A stretch of 64,000 nt of DNA, taken from NCBI GenBank assembly GCA_041497115.1, contig JBGQFW010000006.1, positions 5,698-69,697 on the forward strand, written 5' to 3'. The notes below the pieces were generated by a model. That model made no database searches. It had not been told where the DNA came from and saw only the letters and a list, made by a program, of their open reading frames with translations. The position numbers and the translations under genes were made by a program. Origin of the DNA: Candidatus Methylomirabilia bacterium (GTDB taxonomy: Bacteria; Methylomirabilota; Methylomirabilia; Rokubacteriales; CSP1-6). Below are positions 39,590 through 48,240 of this stretch, piece after piece (positions within the stretch are counted from its first letter, which is position 1; each line of letters starts with the position of its first letter).

Positions 39590-40631
39590 AGTCCGCCGCG
39601 GTCAGCGGCGCCTGCGCCGAGAGCGGACGGGCGGCGCGCCGCCCGACGACGCGGTCCCACGCGCTGGGCGGCAGGCCGGGCTCGAGAGCGCCGCAGCGGA
39701 GGATGACGAGGTTGTCGGGGCCGAGCGGCTCGCCCGAGGCCACGTCGCGGGCGACGAAGATCGCGCGGCGGGCGAAGCGCCGCAGCTCCTGCTCGACCGG
39801 CTGCACCGTCTTGTCGCCGCTGCCGAGCGCGCTCTCGACCTCGCGGACCTTGCGCACGAGCAGCGCCAGCTCGTCGGGCTCGACGGCGAACGCGTGGTCG
39901 GGGCCGGGCAGCCGGTTGCTCAGCGTGAAGTGCTTCTCGAGCAGGTTGGCCCCGAGCGCGACCGCCGCGAGCGGCCCCACCAGCGGATCGCGGGAGTGAT
40001 CGGACAGCCCCACCGGCACGCCGAACGCCGCCTTCATCGTCACGATCGCGCGCAGGTTGAGCGCGTCGAGCGGCGCCGGGTAGGCGGCGGTGCACTGCAT
40101 GAGCGCCAGCGGTCGTCCCGCCATCGCGGTCACCGTCTCGCCCACCTCGTCGAGGTCGGCGGTGCCGGTGGAGACGATCAGCGGCTTGCCGCGGGCGGCC
40201 GTGTAGCGCACGAGCGGCAGGTGCGTCATCTCATAGGAGGCGATCTTGTAGGCGCGCACGAGCGGGTCGAGCCGGTCCACCGACTCCTCGTCGAACGCGG
40301 AGGCCAGGAAGTCGATCGAGCGGGAGGCCGAGTGGTCGGCCAGCGCGGGCAGCCACTCGTACGGCATCTCCATGTCGGCGATGACGTCGTAGATCGACCG
40401 GTCGAGCTTGAGGTACTCGGACCGCCCGGCGCCGCGGGCGTAGAGCTTGCTCGCCCGGAAGAGCTGAAACTTGACGGCGTCGGCGCCCGCCTCGGCGGCG
40501 ACGTCGATGAGCCGCCGCGCCTGCTCGAGGCGGCCGTCGTGATTGGACCCCGCCTCGGCGATGACGTAGCACGGCTGCCCGTCGCCGATCCGCCGCCGCC
40601 CCACGCCGACCGTCGCCACCACAGCGCTCAC
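39582..40631 (-). CDS. pseI: NeuB-family nonulosonic acid synthase (pseudaminic acid synthase-like)
   Basis: GTG at 40631 overlaps the upstream stop (GTGA). 349 aa, with YVIAEAGSNHDG, DAVKFQ, YKIASYE, LSDHS and a C-terminal SAF/AFP-like domain. Confidence 0.85.
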   Translation of the reverse strand: MSAVVATVGVGRRRIGDGQPCYVIAEAGSNHDGRLEQARRLIDVAAEAGADAVKFQLFRASKLYARGAGRSEYLKLDRSIYDVIADMEMPYEWLPALADHSASRSIDFLASAFDEESVDRLDPLVRAYKIASYEMTHLPLVRYTAARGKPLIVSTGTADLDEVGETVTAMAGRPLALMQCTAAYPAPLDALNLRAIVTMKAAFGVPVGLSDHSRDPLVGPLAAVALGANLLEKHFTLSNRLPGPDHAFAVEPDELALLVRKVREVESALGSGDKTVQPVEQELRRFARRAIFVARDVASGEPLGPDNLVILRCGALEPGLPPSAWDRVVGRRAARPLSAQAPLTAADYA

Positions 40632-41917
40632 GGCTGGCGGAACACCGGCTCGACGACGCGGCCCTCCAGGCGGCGGGCGGCGTCCCCCGCCCGCACCGCG
40701 TCGGCGACGATGCCGAGCGCGGTGCCGTACACGCCGAGGGTCGTCTCGACGTCCCGATCGTCGTGGGAGAACGACACGTTCATCCCGCCGCCCAGCAGGA
40801 TGCCGCGCTTGAGGCACTCTTGTAGAAACAGCGTCTTGAGGATCGCCGGATCGCCGCCGCCGGGATCGGCGACCGTGATCACGGTGCGCGGCGGATAGCC
40901 GACGCACGCCAGGTGGCGCTCGAGCCCGGCCGCGCGGGCGAGCGCGTTGAACCCCTCCTGCAGCCGGCCGCCCTGCCGCCACAGGTGCGCGATCACCGGC
41001 TTGTCGCACATCTCGCGCACCGTCGCCAGCGCCGCCGCCAGCGAGACGGCCTCGCCGCCGAAGGTGAACGAGAAGAAGATCCGGTCGAAGACCTCCATGA
41101 GGTCGCGGCGCCCGACCACCGCCGCGATGGGAAAGCCGTTGCCGAGCGCCTTGCCGAAGCAGGCCAGGTCGGGAATCACGCCGAACAGCTCCTGGGCGCC
41201 GCCGAGCGCCAGGCGGAATCCGGTGACGATCTCATCGAACACCAGCAGCGCCCCCTGGCGATGGGCGAGGTCGCGCACGCCCTCGAGGAAGCCGGGGGCG
41301 GGCGGCACGATGCCGACCGGCTCCATGACGACGGCGGCCACGCGACCGGGATGCTCGGCGAACACGCGCTCGAGGCTGGCCAGGTCGTTGTAGGCGAACG
41401 TCACCGTGAGCTCGCGCACCGCCTTCGGGATGCCGTCGGCGCGCGTGGTCGTGGCGATGTACCAGTCCTGCCAGCCGTGGTAGCCGCAGCAGGCGATGAC
41501 GTCGCGGCCGGTGAGGGCGCGCGCGGCGCGCACCGCGCCGGCGGTCGCGTCGGAGCCGTTCTTGCCGAAGCGCACCATGTCGGCGCCGGGGATGAGCTCG
41601 GTCAACGCCTCCGCCACCTCGACCTCGAGTGGATGCGCCGTCGAGAACGACACGCCCTCGGCGGCCTGGCGGGTGACGGCCTCCACGACGGCCGGGTAGG
41701 CGTGGCCGAGGATCACCGCGCCGAGCGCCATCGGGTAGTCGATGTACTCGTTGTCGTCGACATCCCAGACGTGGCTGCCGCGGCCGCGGGCCAGGAACGC
41801 CGGTCCCACCCCCTCGACGTAGGCGTTCCGCCCCTTGCTGAACGTCTGCGTGGCCGACGGGATGACAGCCAGCGCCCGCTTGAGATACGCGCTCGACCGC
41901 TCGCCCTTGCGCGCCAT
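40628..41917 (-). CDS. class III aminotransferase (glutamate-1-semialdehyde 2,1-aminomutase-like)
   Basis: 429 aa, with FSKGRN, GSHVWDVDDNEYIDY, LVFDEIVTGFR and DLACFGKALGNGFP (PLP Lys). Confidence 0.85.
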   Translation of the reverse strand: MARKGERSSAYLKRALAVIPSATQTFSKGRNAYVEGVGPAFLARGRGSHVWDVDDNEYIDYPMALGAVILGHAYPAVVEAVTRQAAEGVSFSTAHPLEVEVAEALTELIPGADMVRFGKNGSDATAGAVRAARALTGRDVIACCGYHGWQDWYIATTTRADGIPKAVRELTVTFAYNDLASLERVFAEHPGRVAAVVMEPVGIVPPAPGFLEGVRDLAHRQGALLVFDEIVTGFRLALGGAQELFGVIPDLACFGKALGNGFPIAAVVGRRDLMEVFDRIFFSFTFGGEAVSLAAALATVREMCDKPVIAHLWRQGGRLQEGFNALARAAGLERHLACVGYPPRTVITVADPGGGDPAILKTLFLQECLKRGILLGGGMNVSFSHDDRDVETTLGVYGTALGIVADAVRAGDAARRLEGRVVEPVFRQP

Positions 41918-43173
41918 CACGCCTCCCCTGCCGCGCCCGCGCGCATCGTGCCGGCGACGAGGTCGAGGAGACGCGCCGACGCGCGCCCGTCGACCGCTCC
42001 CAGGAACTTCGCCAGGTACGCCTCCCGCGCCGCGCCGTCGACGGCCCAGTCGCCCAGGCGCATGCGCGGCAGCTGCTCGATCGTCTCGCCGACGCCCAGC
42101 GTGGCGGCCACGCCCTTGAACTGGAACAACATCCCCTCCTCGCGCCCGAACAGCCGCGGGTGCCACGGCTGGGTCGTGCCCATCTGGTCCAGCTCCGGCG
42201 CGATCGAGAGGCTGGGCACGCCGACCGCCACCGCCTCGAGGATCGCGAAGCTGTAGAAGTGGACGCACAGGCCGGCGACGGCGAGCAGCTCGACGATCGT
42301 CGCCGGGTACTGGGTGCGGTCGTACAGCACCTGGTCGGCGACGCGCCGGAGATAGCGCGGCACCGGATCCTTGGCCCGCGCCTTCACCACGAGCAGGGCG
42401 TCGTTGGCGTCGGCGAACTCGCGCACGGCGCGCGTCACGCCGACGTCGTCCCAGCCACGATCCACCAGCCGGACGAGGTCGCCGGCGCTGCTCCGACGCA
42501 GGCGCCACCGTCGCCACGCGCGGTTGCCGCCCGCGTACGCCCAGCGGCTCCACGGCGTCGCTGGATTCGAGTGGAAGGGATAGGGCAGGTAGAGGACGAC
42601 CGGGCGCGCCGCCGGGATCCCGAGCCGCCGCCGGATCTCCTCGGGATCGACCGCGCCGATCTGGTCGAGCTCCGGCATCCCGACCGCGGTCGAGCGCGCG
42701 CGGATCTCCCCCTCGCGCGCGTCGCCGGCGGTCGTGAGCCCGCGGTCGCGGAAGTTGTCGAGCGCGAAGTCCACCCACCAGTCGCTGTGGACGGCCACGC
42801 CGGCCGCCCGCGTGAAGTCCTCGGGGACGAGCTTTCGCCAGAGGTCCCCGGTGAACTGGAGGATCGTCCACGGCACCGCGGCGGCCGCGCGGCCGTCCGG
42901 CTTCTTCTCGATCGCGACGACCGCGTCCACGCCCGCCGCCGCCACCGCATCGAGCAGCGCGGCGCGGCCGGCGTACATGACGATCCGCGGCGTCCCCGCG
43001 CGGAAGCGGGGGGCCCGGTCGGCGGCGGGGAACTCGTAGCCCTTGTGGCCGCGTCGCGCCTGCGCGCCGTCGTGCAGGGCGACGACCTCCATTCCGCGGG
43101 CGAGCGCCGCCTCGACCACCGGCCCCAGCAGCCGGTAGTAGTTGTTCCGGGTGATGACGACGCCGAGCCTCAT
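41917..43173 (-). CDS. hypothetical protein, two-Rossmann-domain (GT-B-like) appearance
   Basis: 418 aa and coding-like, with tight coupling at both ends. No diagnostic motif was recognised. The C-terminal half (LLVVKARAKDP...VHFYSFAILEAVAVGVPSLSI) resembles capsule/teichoic-type transferase folds. Confidence 0.55.
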   Translation of the reverse strand: MRLGVVITRNNYYRLLGPVVEAALARGMEVVALHDGAQARRGHKGYEFPAADRAPRFRAGTPRIVMYAGRAALLDAVAAAGVDAVVAIEKKPDGRAAAAVPWTILQFTGDLWRKLVPEDFTRAAGVAVHSDWWVDFALDNFRDRGLTTAGDAREGEIRARSTAVGMPELDQIGAVDPEEIRRRLGIPAARPVVLYLPYPFHSNPATPWSRWAYAGGNRAWRRWRLRRSSAGDLVRLVDRGWDDVGVTRAVREFADANDALLVVKARAKDPVPRYLRRVADQVLYDRTQYPATIVELLAVAGLCVHFYSFAILEAVAVGVPSLSIAPELDQMGTTQPWHPRLFGREEGMLFQFKGVAATLGVGETIEQLPRMRLGDWAVDGAAREAYLAKFLGAVDGRASARLLDLVAGTMRAGAAGEA

Positions 43174-44522
43174 GCCGCCGCCGCCATGCGCACGAGCCCC
43201 TCGCGCGCGAAGCGGTCCACCCAGCCGCGGACCTGCTCGAACGGCAGCCGCACGAACGCGGCGATCTCGCCCACCGAGTTCCGGCCGTCGATGCACGCCA
43301 TGATCAGGTCCATCGCGGCGTTGAGCTCCGGCTGCTCGCGCCAGTCCACCCACAGCCCGTACTGCGACAGGAAGATCGGCCCCGTGTAGAGCGGCACCGG
43401 CACCACGTCGTCCGCCTGCGCCGGCCGCGCCGGCAGGCGGTCGCGCAGCCGCAGCCCTCCGCGCTCGCGCGCGCAGCCCGCCGGCTCCAGGCTCTCCAGG
43501 CCGTCCACGATGTCCCGCACGATCTCGAACCCCTCGGTGATGCCGGGCCAGTCCAGCCGCGCGGGAATGTCGCGGTGGGAATGGTAGTCCTCGAACGGGC
43601 CGCGGTTGAGCGCGATCGAGGGGATCCAGAGATTCGCGCTCGACGTCACCGCCTCGTCGTTCATGATGCCGTCCTCGCGGAAGGGCAGCGCCGTGAAGTC
43701 CGAGCCGAACCGCTTGGTGAGGACCTGGGTCGCCACCTCGTCGATCAGCGAGTCGCCGCGCAGCGATCTCTGCAGCCGCACCCGCCCCGGCCGCCCCCAG
43801 AACTCGGTGTAGACGCTGTACACGATGTCGTCCGCCAGCTCCGGGTGGTTGGCCAGGAACGCGATGGTGCCGATCGTCTCGGGCAGGAACGTGAACACGT
43901 ACGTGAAGAACCGCGGCGTCGCCTTCAGGTGCGCGTAGAGCGCGTGGGCGACCGCCGTCCCGCTCAGGCTGTCGTTGCACTGGTAGGGGTGGCAGATGTC
44001 GCTGCTGACGAGGATCGTCTGCGGCGAGCGGCCGGGCAGCCGGACGTAGCCGACCCGGAAGACGTCGTCGTAGTAACGGGCGTCCACCCTCACGTGATAC
44101 TCGGCGTCGCGATCGAGCCGCGCGACCAGATCGAAGGGCAGGTTGAATCCCCAGTCCAGCCGTCCGTAGTAGCGGAAGTTCCACACGAGCAGCGCCGGCC
44201 GCGTCGCGTCCGCGTAGACGTGCCGCCGCAGCTCGTCGTAGGAGACGACCGCGTCGACCGGCAGCGAGCCGCTCGACACGCACAGCGGCTCGGTGGCCGT
44301 CGAGACGATCTCCCGCCCGCCGCACGCGATCGAGGCCGACCGGAGGTCCCACTTGCGTGGCAGCCGCCAGGTCCAGGCGGCGCTGCCGGTGGGATAGCCG
44401 TCGATCACGAGGTCGGGAACGAACTCCGCCTTGATGATGTCCAGGGCCCGGTCGAGGTCGGGGCTGCAGATCGACCGGTTGAGCGGATGCAGTCGCTCGA
44501 TGAAGCGCCGCATGTCGCTCAT
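43170..44522 (-). CDS. DUF4910/aminopeptidase-like domain protein with C-terminal winged helix
   Basis: 450 aa. It shows M28-like remnants (CHPYQCNDSLSG, FLPETIGTIAFL, HSHRD) and a C-terminal wHTH-like region (GRNSVGEIAAFVRLPFEQVRGWVDRFAREGLV). Confidence 0.7.
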   Translation of the reverse strand: MSDMRRFIERLHPLNRSICSPDLDRALDIIKAEFVPDLVIDGYPTGSAAWTWRLPRKWDLRSASIACGGREIVSTATEPLCVSSGSLPVDAVVSYDELRRHVYADATRPALLVWNFRYYGRLDWGFNLPFDLVARLDRDAEYHVRVDARYYDDVFRVGYVRLPGRSPQTILVSSDICHPYQCNDSLSGTAVAHALYAHLKATPRFFTYVFTFLPETIGTIAFLANHPELADDIVYSVYTEFWGRPGRVRLQRSLRGDSLIDEVATQVLTKRFGSDFTALPFREDGIMNDEAVTSSANLWIPSIALNRGPFEDYHSHRDIPARLDWPGITEGFEIVRDIVDGLESLEPAGCARERGGLRLRDRLPARPAQADDVVPVPLYTGPIFLSQYGLWVDWREQPELNAAMDLIMACIDGRNSVGEIAAFVRLPFEQVRGWVDRFAREGLVRMAAAA

Positions 44523-45286
44523 CGGTTGCCCTTCCCGGAGCCCGCGAACTTCTCGTTGCGCGTGAGGCCGGCGTTGAGCGTCGCCAGCTCGGGATGCGCG
44601 CGCAGGAGCGCGAGCACCTCGGCCATTCCGAACGGGCGCGTCCCGTCCGGGCTCAGCGCGGCGTAGACCGCCCGCACGAACTCGAGATCGCCGGCGGTAT
44701 CGACGGTCCAGCGCAGCGCGGAGAGGTCCTCGGCGTGGCGCACGTTGACGAGGCCGAACCGCTCGGGTCGGTCCCAGATGTACGGCGTCACGTGCTCGCG
44801 GTCGGCGGGATGGCGCGCCTCGCGCCACGCCGCCTCCAGCGCCTCGCGCGAGAACACCTCGGTGTCGAGGCCGTCGGGATAGGTCGGCGGGTGCACGTTG
44901 CTGACGTAGCCGACGCGTCCCCCGTGGGCGACGAACTCGGCGACGACGCGCGCCGAGACCGCCGGATCGAGGAGCGGGCAGTCCGGCGTGATCCGCACGA
45001 TGGCGTCGGCGGGATGGGCGCGCACCGCCGCCTGGAAGCGGTCGAGGACGTCGTCCTCGCTGCCCCGCACCCACGGGAGCCCGGCCGCCACCGCGAACCG
45101 CACGACCGGCTCGTCGCGCGGCTGGTCGGTGGTGGCGATCACGATCTCGTCGAGGCCGGGGATCGCGCGCGCCCGCGCGACGACGTGCGCCAGCATGGGA
45201 CGGCCGGCCACCTCCGCCAGCGCCTTGCCGGGCAGGCGGCTCGAGCCGAGGCGGACCTGCACGACGGCCACGCAGCGCAGCGCCAT
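44519..45286 (-). CDS. SpsF/FlmC-type cytidylyltransferase-domain protein
   Basis: 255 aa. VAVVQVRLGSSRLPGKAL is the acylneuraminate cytidylyltransferase-family N-terminus. Confidence 0.8.
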   Translation of the reverse strand: MALRCVAVVQVRLGSSRLPGKALAEVAGRPMLAHVVARARAIPGLDEIVIATTDQPRDEPVVRFAVAAGLPWVRGSEDDVLDRFQAAVRAHPADAIVRITPDCPLLDPAVSARVVAEFVAHGGRVGYVSNVHPPTYPDGLDTEVFSREALEAAWREARHPADREHVTPYIWDRPERFGLVNVRHAEDLSALRWTVDTAGDLEFVRAVYAALSPDGTRPFGMAEVLALLRAHPELATLNAGLTRNEKFAGSGKGNR

Positions 45287-46272
45287 CAGACGGTGATCCA
45301 GCGGCGCCCGGCCGCCGAGGCCTTGGCCGCTTCCACCAGCCGGAGGGCGGCGAGCGCCTCGCCCGCCCCGATCGTCGGCTGCTCGCGCCCCTCGAGGCAC
45401 GCGACGAGGTGCCGCATCTCCTCCACGAACATCTCGTTGTGGTCGAAGTCGATCGGCTCGCGAAACCCCTCCCAGCGGTCGCGCTCCTCGCCGAAGACCG
45501 TCACCCGCCCCTCGATGTAGTCGCACACGATGACGCCCCGCTCGCCGATGACCTCGCAGTCGCGCCGGTAGGAGCGCTGCAGGTAGTCCAGGTGGAGCTG
45601 GGCGATCGGGCCGCCGGCGAACCGCAGCGTCACCTCCGCGAAGTCCTCCACGTCGATCGCCAGCTCGGAGAGGCGGCCGGCCGTGCAGAAGACGTCGGTG
45701 ACGGGGCCGAACATCCAGCGCAGATAGTCGAACTCGTGGATGGCGTCGAGGAGGATCCCGCCCCCGTGGGCGGCGTGGGCGCGATACGTCTGGCGGTAGT
45801 CCGCGCCCGGCTTCCAGAACGGCAGGTGGAAGCCGCACTGGGCCCGGACCGCGAGGACGCGGCCGATCCGCCCCTCGTCCACCAGCGCCTTGACGCGCCG
45901 GAGCGGGCGGAAGAAGCGCAGGTTGGCGCCGACCAGCACGCGGCAGCCGCGCGCGTCGGCCTCCGCGAGCAGGTCGGCGACGCCCTCGGAGCGCGCCGCG
46001 ATCGGCTTCTCGACGAACAGGTGGGTGGCCCAGCCGAGCGTGAGGCGGGCCAGCTCGAGATGGGACGACGGCGGCGTGCAGATCACCACCGCGTCCGGCT
46101 TGTGCGCGCCGGCGCCGGCGAGGGCCGGCAGGGGCTCGAGGCCGAGGCCGGCCGCCGCCCCCGCCAGCCGCTCGCCGTCGGCGTCGAAGCCGAGGACGTC
46201 GTGGCCGAGCGCGCGCAGGTTGCGCGCGTGGCGCTGGCCGATCGACCCGAGCCCGACGACCAGGAACCGCAT
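45286..46272 (-). CDS. Gfo/Idh/MocA-family NAD(P)-dependent oxidoreductase
   Basis: 328 aa, with MRFLVVGLGSIGQRH, VVICTPPSSH and HLFVEKP. Confidence 0.85.
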   Translation of the reverse strand: MRFLVVGLGSIGQRHARNLRALGHDVLGFDADGERLAGAAAGLGLEPLPALAGAGAHKPDAVVICTPPSSHLELARLTLGWATHLFVEKPIAARSEGVADLLAEADARGCRVLVGANLRFFRPLRRVKALVDEGRIGRVLAVRAQCGFHLPFWKPGADYRQTYRAHAAHGGGILLDAIHEFDYLRWMFGPVTDVFCTAGRLSELAIDVEDFAEVTLRFAGGPIAQLHLDYLQRSYRRDCEVIGERGVIVCDYIEGRVTVFGEERDRWEGFREPIDFDHNEMFVEEMRHLVACLEGREQPTIGAGEALAALRLVEAAKASAAGRRWITV

Positions 46273-46283
46273 GCGGGCCGGCG

Positions 46284-47978
46284 CTACACGTCGGCGCGGG
46301 TGGCCCCGCGCACGCCGCGCCGGGCGGTCTGGCTGTCGCCGGTGTGGGGATGGCGCACCGTGTTCTGCCCGCCCAGCTCGCTGACCGCGCCCCACGACAG
46401 CTCGATGATCTCCTCGTCGGGAAGGTCGCTGAAGTTCGTGCGCACCTCCTCGCCCTGCTCGCCCAGCCGCAGGAAGTACTGCTCGATGATGTCCTCGTCG
46501 GCCGGCCCCTTCTCGCCGGTGACCGCCTTCCGGATGAGCCCCTTGTCGAGGGCCAGCTGCCAGAACGACGTGCCCGGGTACGCCGTCGTGAAGAAGAACA
46601 CCTCCGGCTTCAGGTTCACCTTGCGGCAGAACTCGACGGTCTCGCGCACGGTGTCGGCGGTCTCGCCGGGCGAGCCGATCATGAACGAGCAGTCGGCGTA
46701 GCCGAGCACCCGCTGCGTCTCCAGGATGGCGATCTCCATCTTCTCGAGCGTCTGCCCGCTCTTGTCGATGTTCTTCAAGATCGTCGGGCTGGCCGACTCC
46801 ACGCCGTAGCCGGCCTGGCGCATCCCGACCTCGTAGCCGAGCTCGAGCATGTGCGGGCGTCCCTCGCGCCGCGCGCGCAGCACGTCGTCGGCCACGATGT
46901 TGGTCCGGCAGGTTCCGCCCCACATCACCTCGAAGCCGGCCGTCCGCTTGCGCTCGCGGAGCTCGGTGAAGAGCTCCAGCGCCCAGCGGTAGTCGGTCAT
47001 CAGGAGGTCGTCCAGGAAGTGGATGTACACCGCGCCGTAGCGCTCCCTGATGTACTGCATCTCGTCCACGACCTCCCGCGGGCTCCGCAGCCGGTAGGTC
47101 TTGCCGAGATACGCCGCATAGCAGTAGTCGCACGCGCGCGACGCGTACGGACAGCCGCGCGAGGCGATCATGGACACCGAGTACTGCCCGGTCTGGACCG
47201 GCGCGCCGTCGACCCACTTCGTCTGCCAGTTCAGGTGGCCGACGGGATTCAGCTTGTAGACCTCGTCCTCGGCCCACCGCGAGCGCAGCGGCCAGGGCAG
47301 CCCGTCGAGCCCCGCCTCGCGCGACTGCACGGAGGCGCGCAGCCCGTTGTCGCGCACCGTCCACTCCCCCGGCCGGAGGACGTGCCGGTACGCCACCCCC
47401 TTCACCCCTTCGAGCGTCGCCCCCGCCTCGAGCCGGTGGAGCAGCTCCGAGACGGTCACCTCGCCCTCTTCCTGCACGACCGCGTCGACCGGCAGCCGCT
47501 GCACCATGAACGCCGGCATCGAGGAGGCGATGCCGCCCCCGAGCACGATCGGCACGTCGGGATGCACCCGCCGGCAGATCGTCGCGATCCGCTTGATCCA
47601 CGCGTACTGGGTGATGATCCCGCCCAGCCCGATCACGTCGGGGCGCGCGCTCTGGAGCTTCTCGACGATGCGGGTCTCGACCCACTTCACGAACGCCTCG
47701 GGCGAATCTTTCACGGGCTGGCGGCGCTCGGCGTTGAGGTCGAGCACGTCGACGGTGTGGCCGTCCATCGCGACGACCGCCCCGACGTACCCCTGCCCGA
47801 TCGGCATGATGTTCGGATACGACCACTCGCGGATCGGCGCGTTGATCAGGAGCACGCGCAGCCCCCCGTCGCGGGGCGCGAAGCGCGCCTCGCCGGCCTG
47901 GGTGGTGATGCGCGGCGCCGCCGAGTCCGCGATCCGCCCGTGCGCGTCGAACCGCTCGTAGAAGCGCGATGCCGTCAC
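46284..47978 (-). CDS. B12-binding-domain radical SAM enzyme with non-canonical cysteine spacing
   Basis: 564 aa. It has an N-terminal B12-binding-like domain (VLLINAP..., IGLGGIITQ). The cluster motif reads ASRGCPYASRACDYC (CX6CX2C). Confidence 0.85.
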   Translation of the reverse strand: MTASRFYERFDAHGRIADSAAPRITTQAGEARFAPRDGGLRVLLINAPIREWSYPNIMPIGQGYVGAVVAMDGHTVDVLDLNAERRQPVKDSPEAFVKWVETRIVEKLQSARPDVIGLGGIITQYAWIKRIATICRRVHPDVPIVLGGGIASSMPAFMVQRLPVDAVVQEEGEVTVSELLHRLEAGATLEGVKGVAYRHVLRPGEWTVRDNGLRASVQSREAGLDGLPWPLRSRWAEDEVYKLNPVGHLNWQTKWVDGAPVQTGQYSVSMIASRGCPYASRACDYCYAAYLGKTYRLRSPREVVDEMQYIRERYGAVYIHFLDDLLMTDYRWALELFTELRERKRTAGFEVMWGGTCRTNIVADDVLRARREGRPHMLELGYEVGMRQAGYGVESASPTILKNIDKSGQTLEKMEIAILETQRVLGYADCSFMIGSPGETADTVRETVEFCRKVNLKPEVFFFTTAYPGTSFWQLALDKGLIRKAVTGEKGPADEDIIEQYFLRLGEQGEEVRTNFSDLPDEEIIELSWGAVSELGGQNTVRHPHTGDSQTARRGVRGATRADV

Positions 47979-47982
47979 CTCG

Positions 47983-48240
47983 TCACCTCCCGATCCGTTT
48001 CTCGAGATAGGCCGCGATCTGGTTGACCGACTTCAGGCCGTCGACGTCCTCGTCGGGGATGGCCACGTCGTACGTCTCCTCCAGCGCGAGCAGCATCGCC
48101 GAGTGGTCGAGGGAGTCGAGGCCCAGGTCGAACAGGGACTGGTCGTGATCTCCCGGGCTCTCGACCGTGGGCGCGGCGTCCTTCACGGCCTTCAGGACGG
48201 CGGCGACGAGATCCTCGTCGGGCATGGCTGGCTCCCTCAC
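47983..48240 (-). CDS. acyl carrier protein
   Basis: 80-85 aa (GTG at 48240 in a GTGA overlap, or ATG at 48225). The phosphopantetheine site is LFDLGLDSLDHSAML. Confidence 0.8.
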   Translation of the reverse strand: MREPAMPDEDLVAAVLKAVKDAAPTVESPGDHDQSLFDLGLDSLDHSAMLLALEETYDVAIPDEDVDGLKSVNQIAAYLEKRIGR

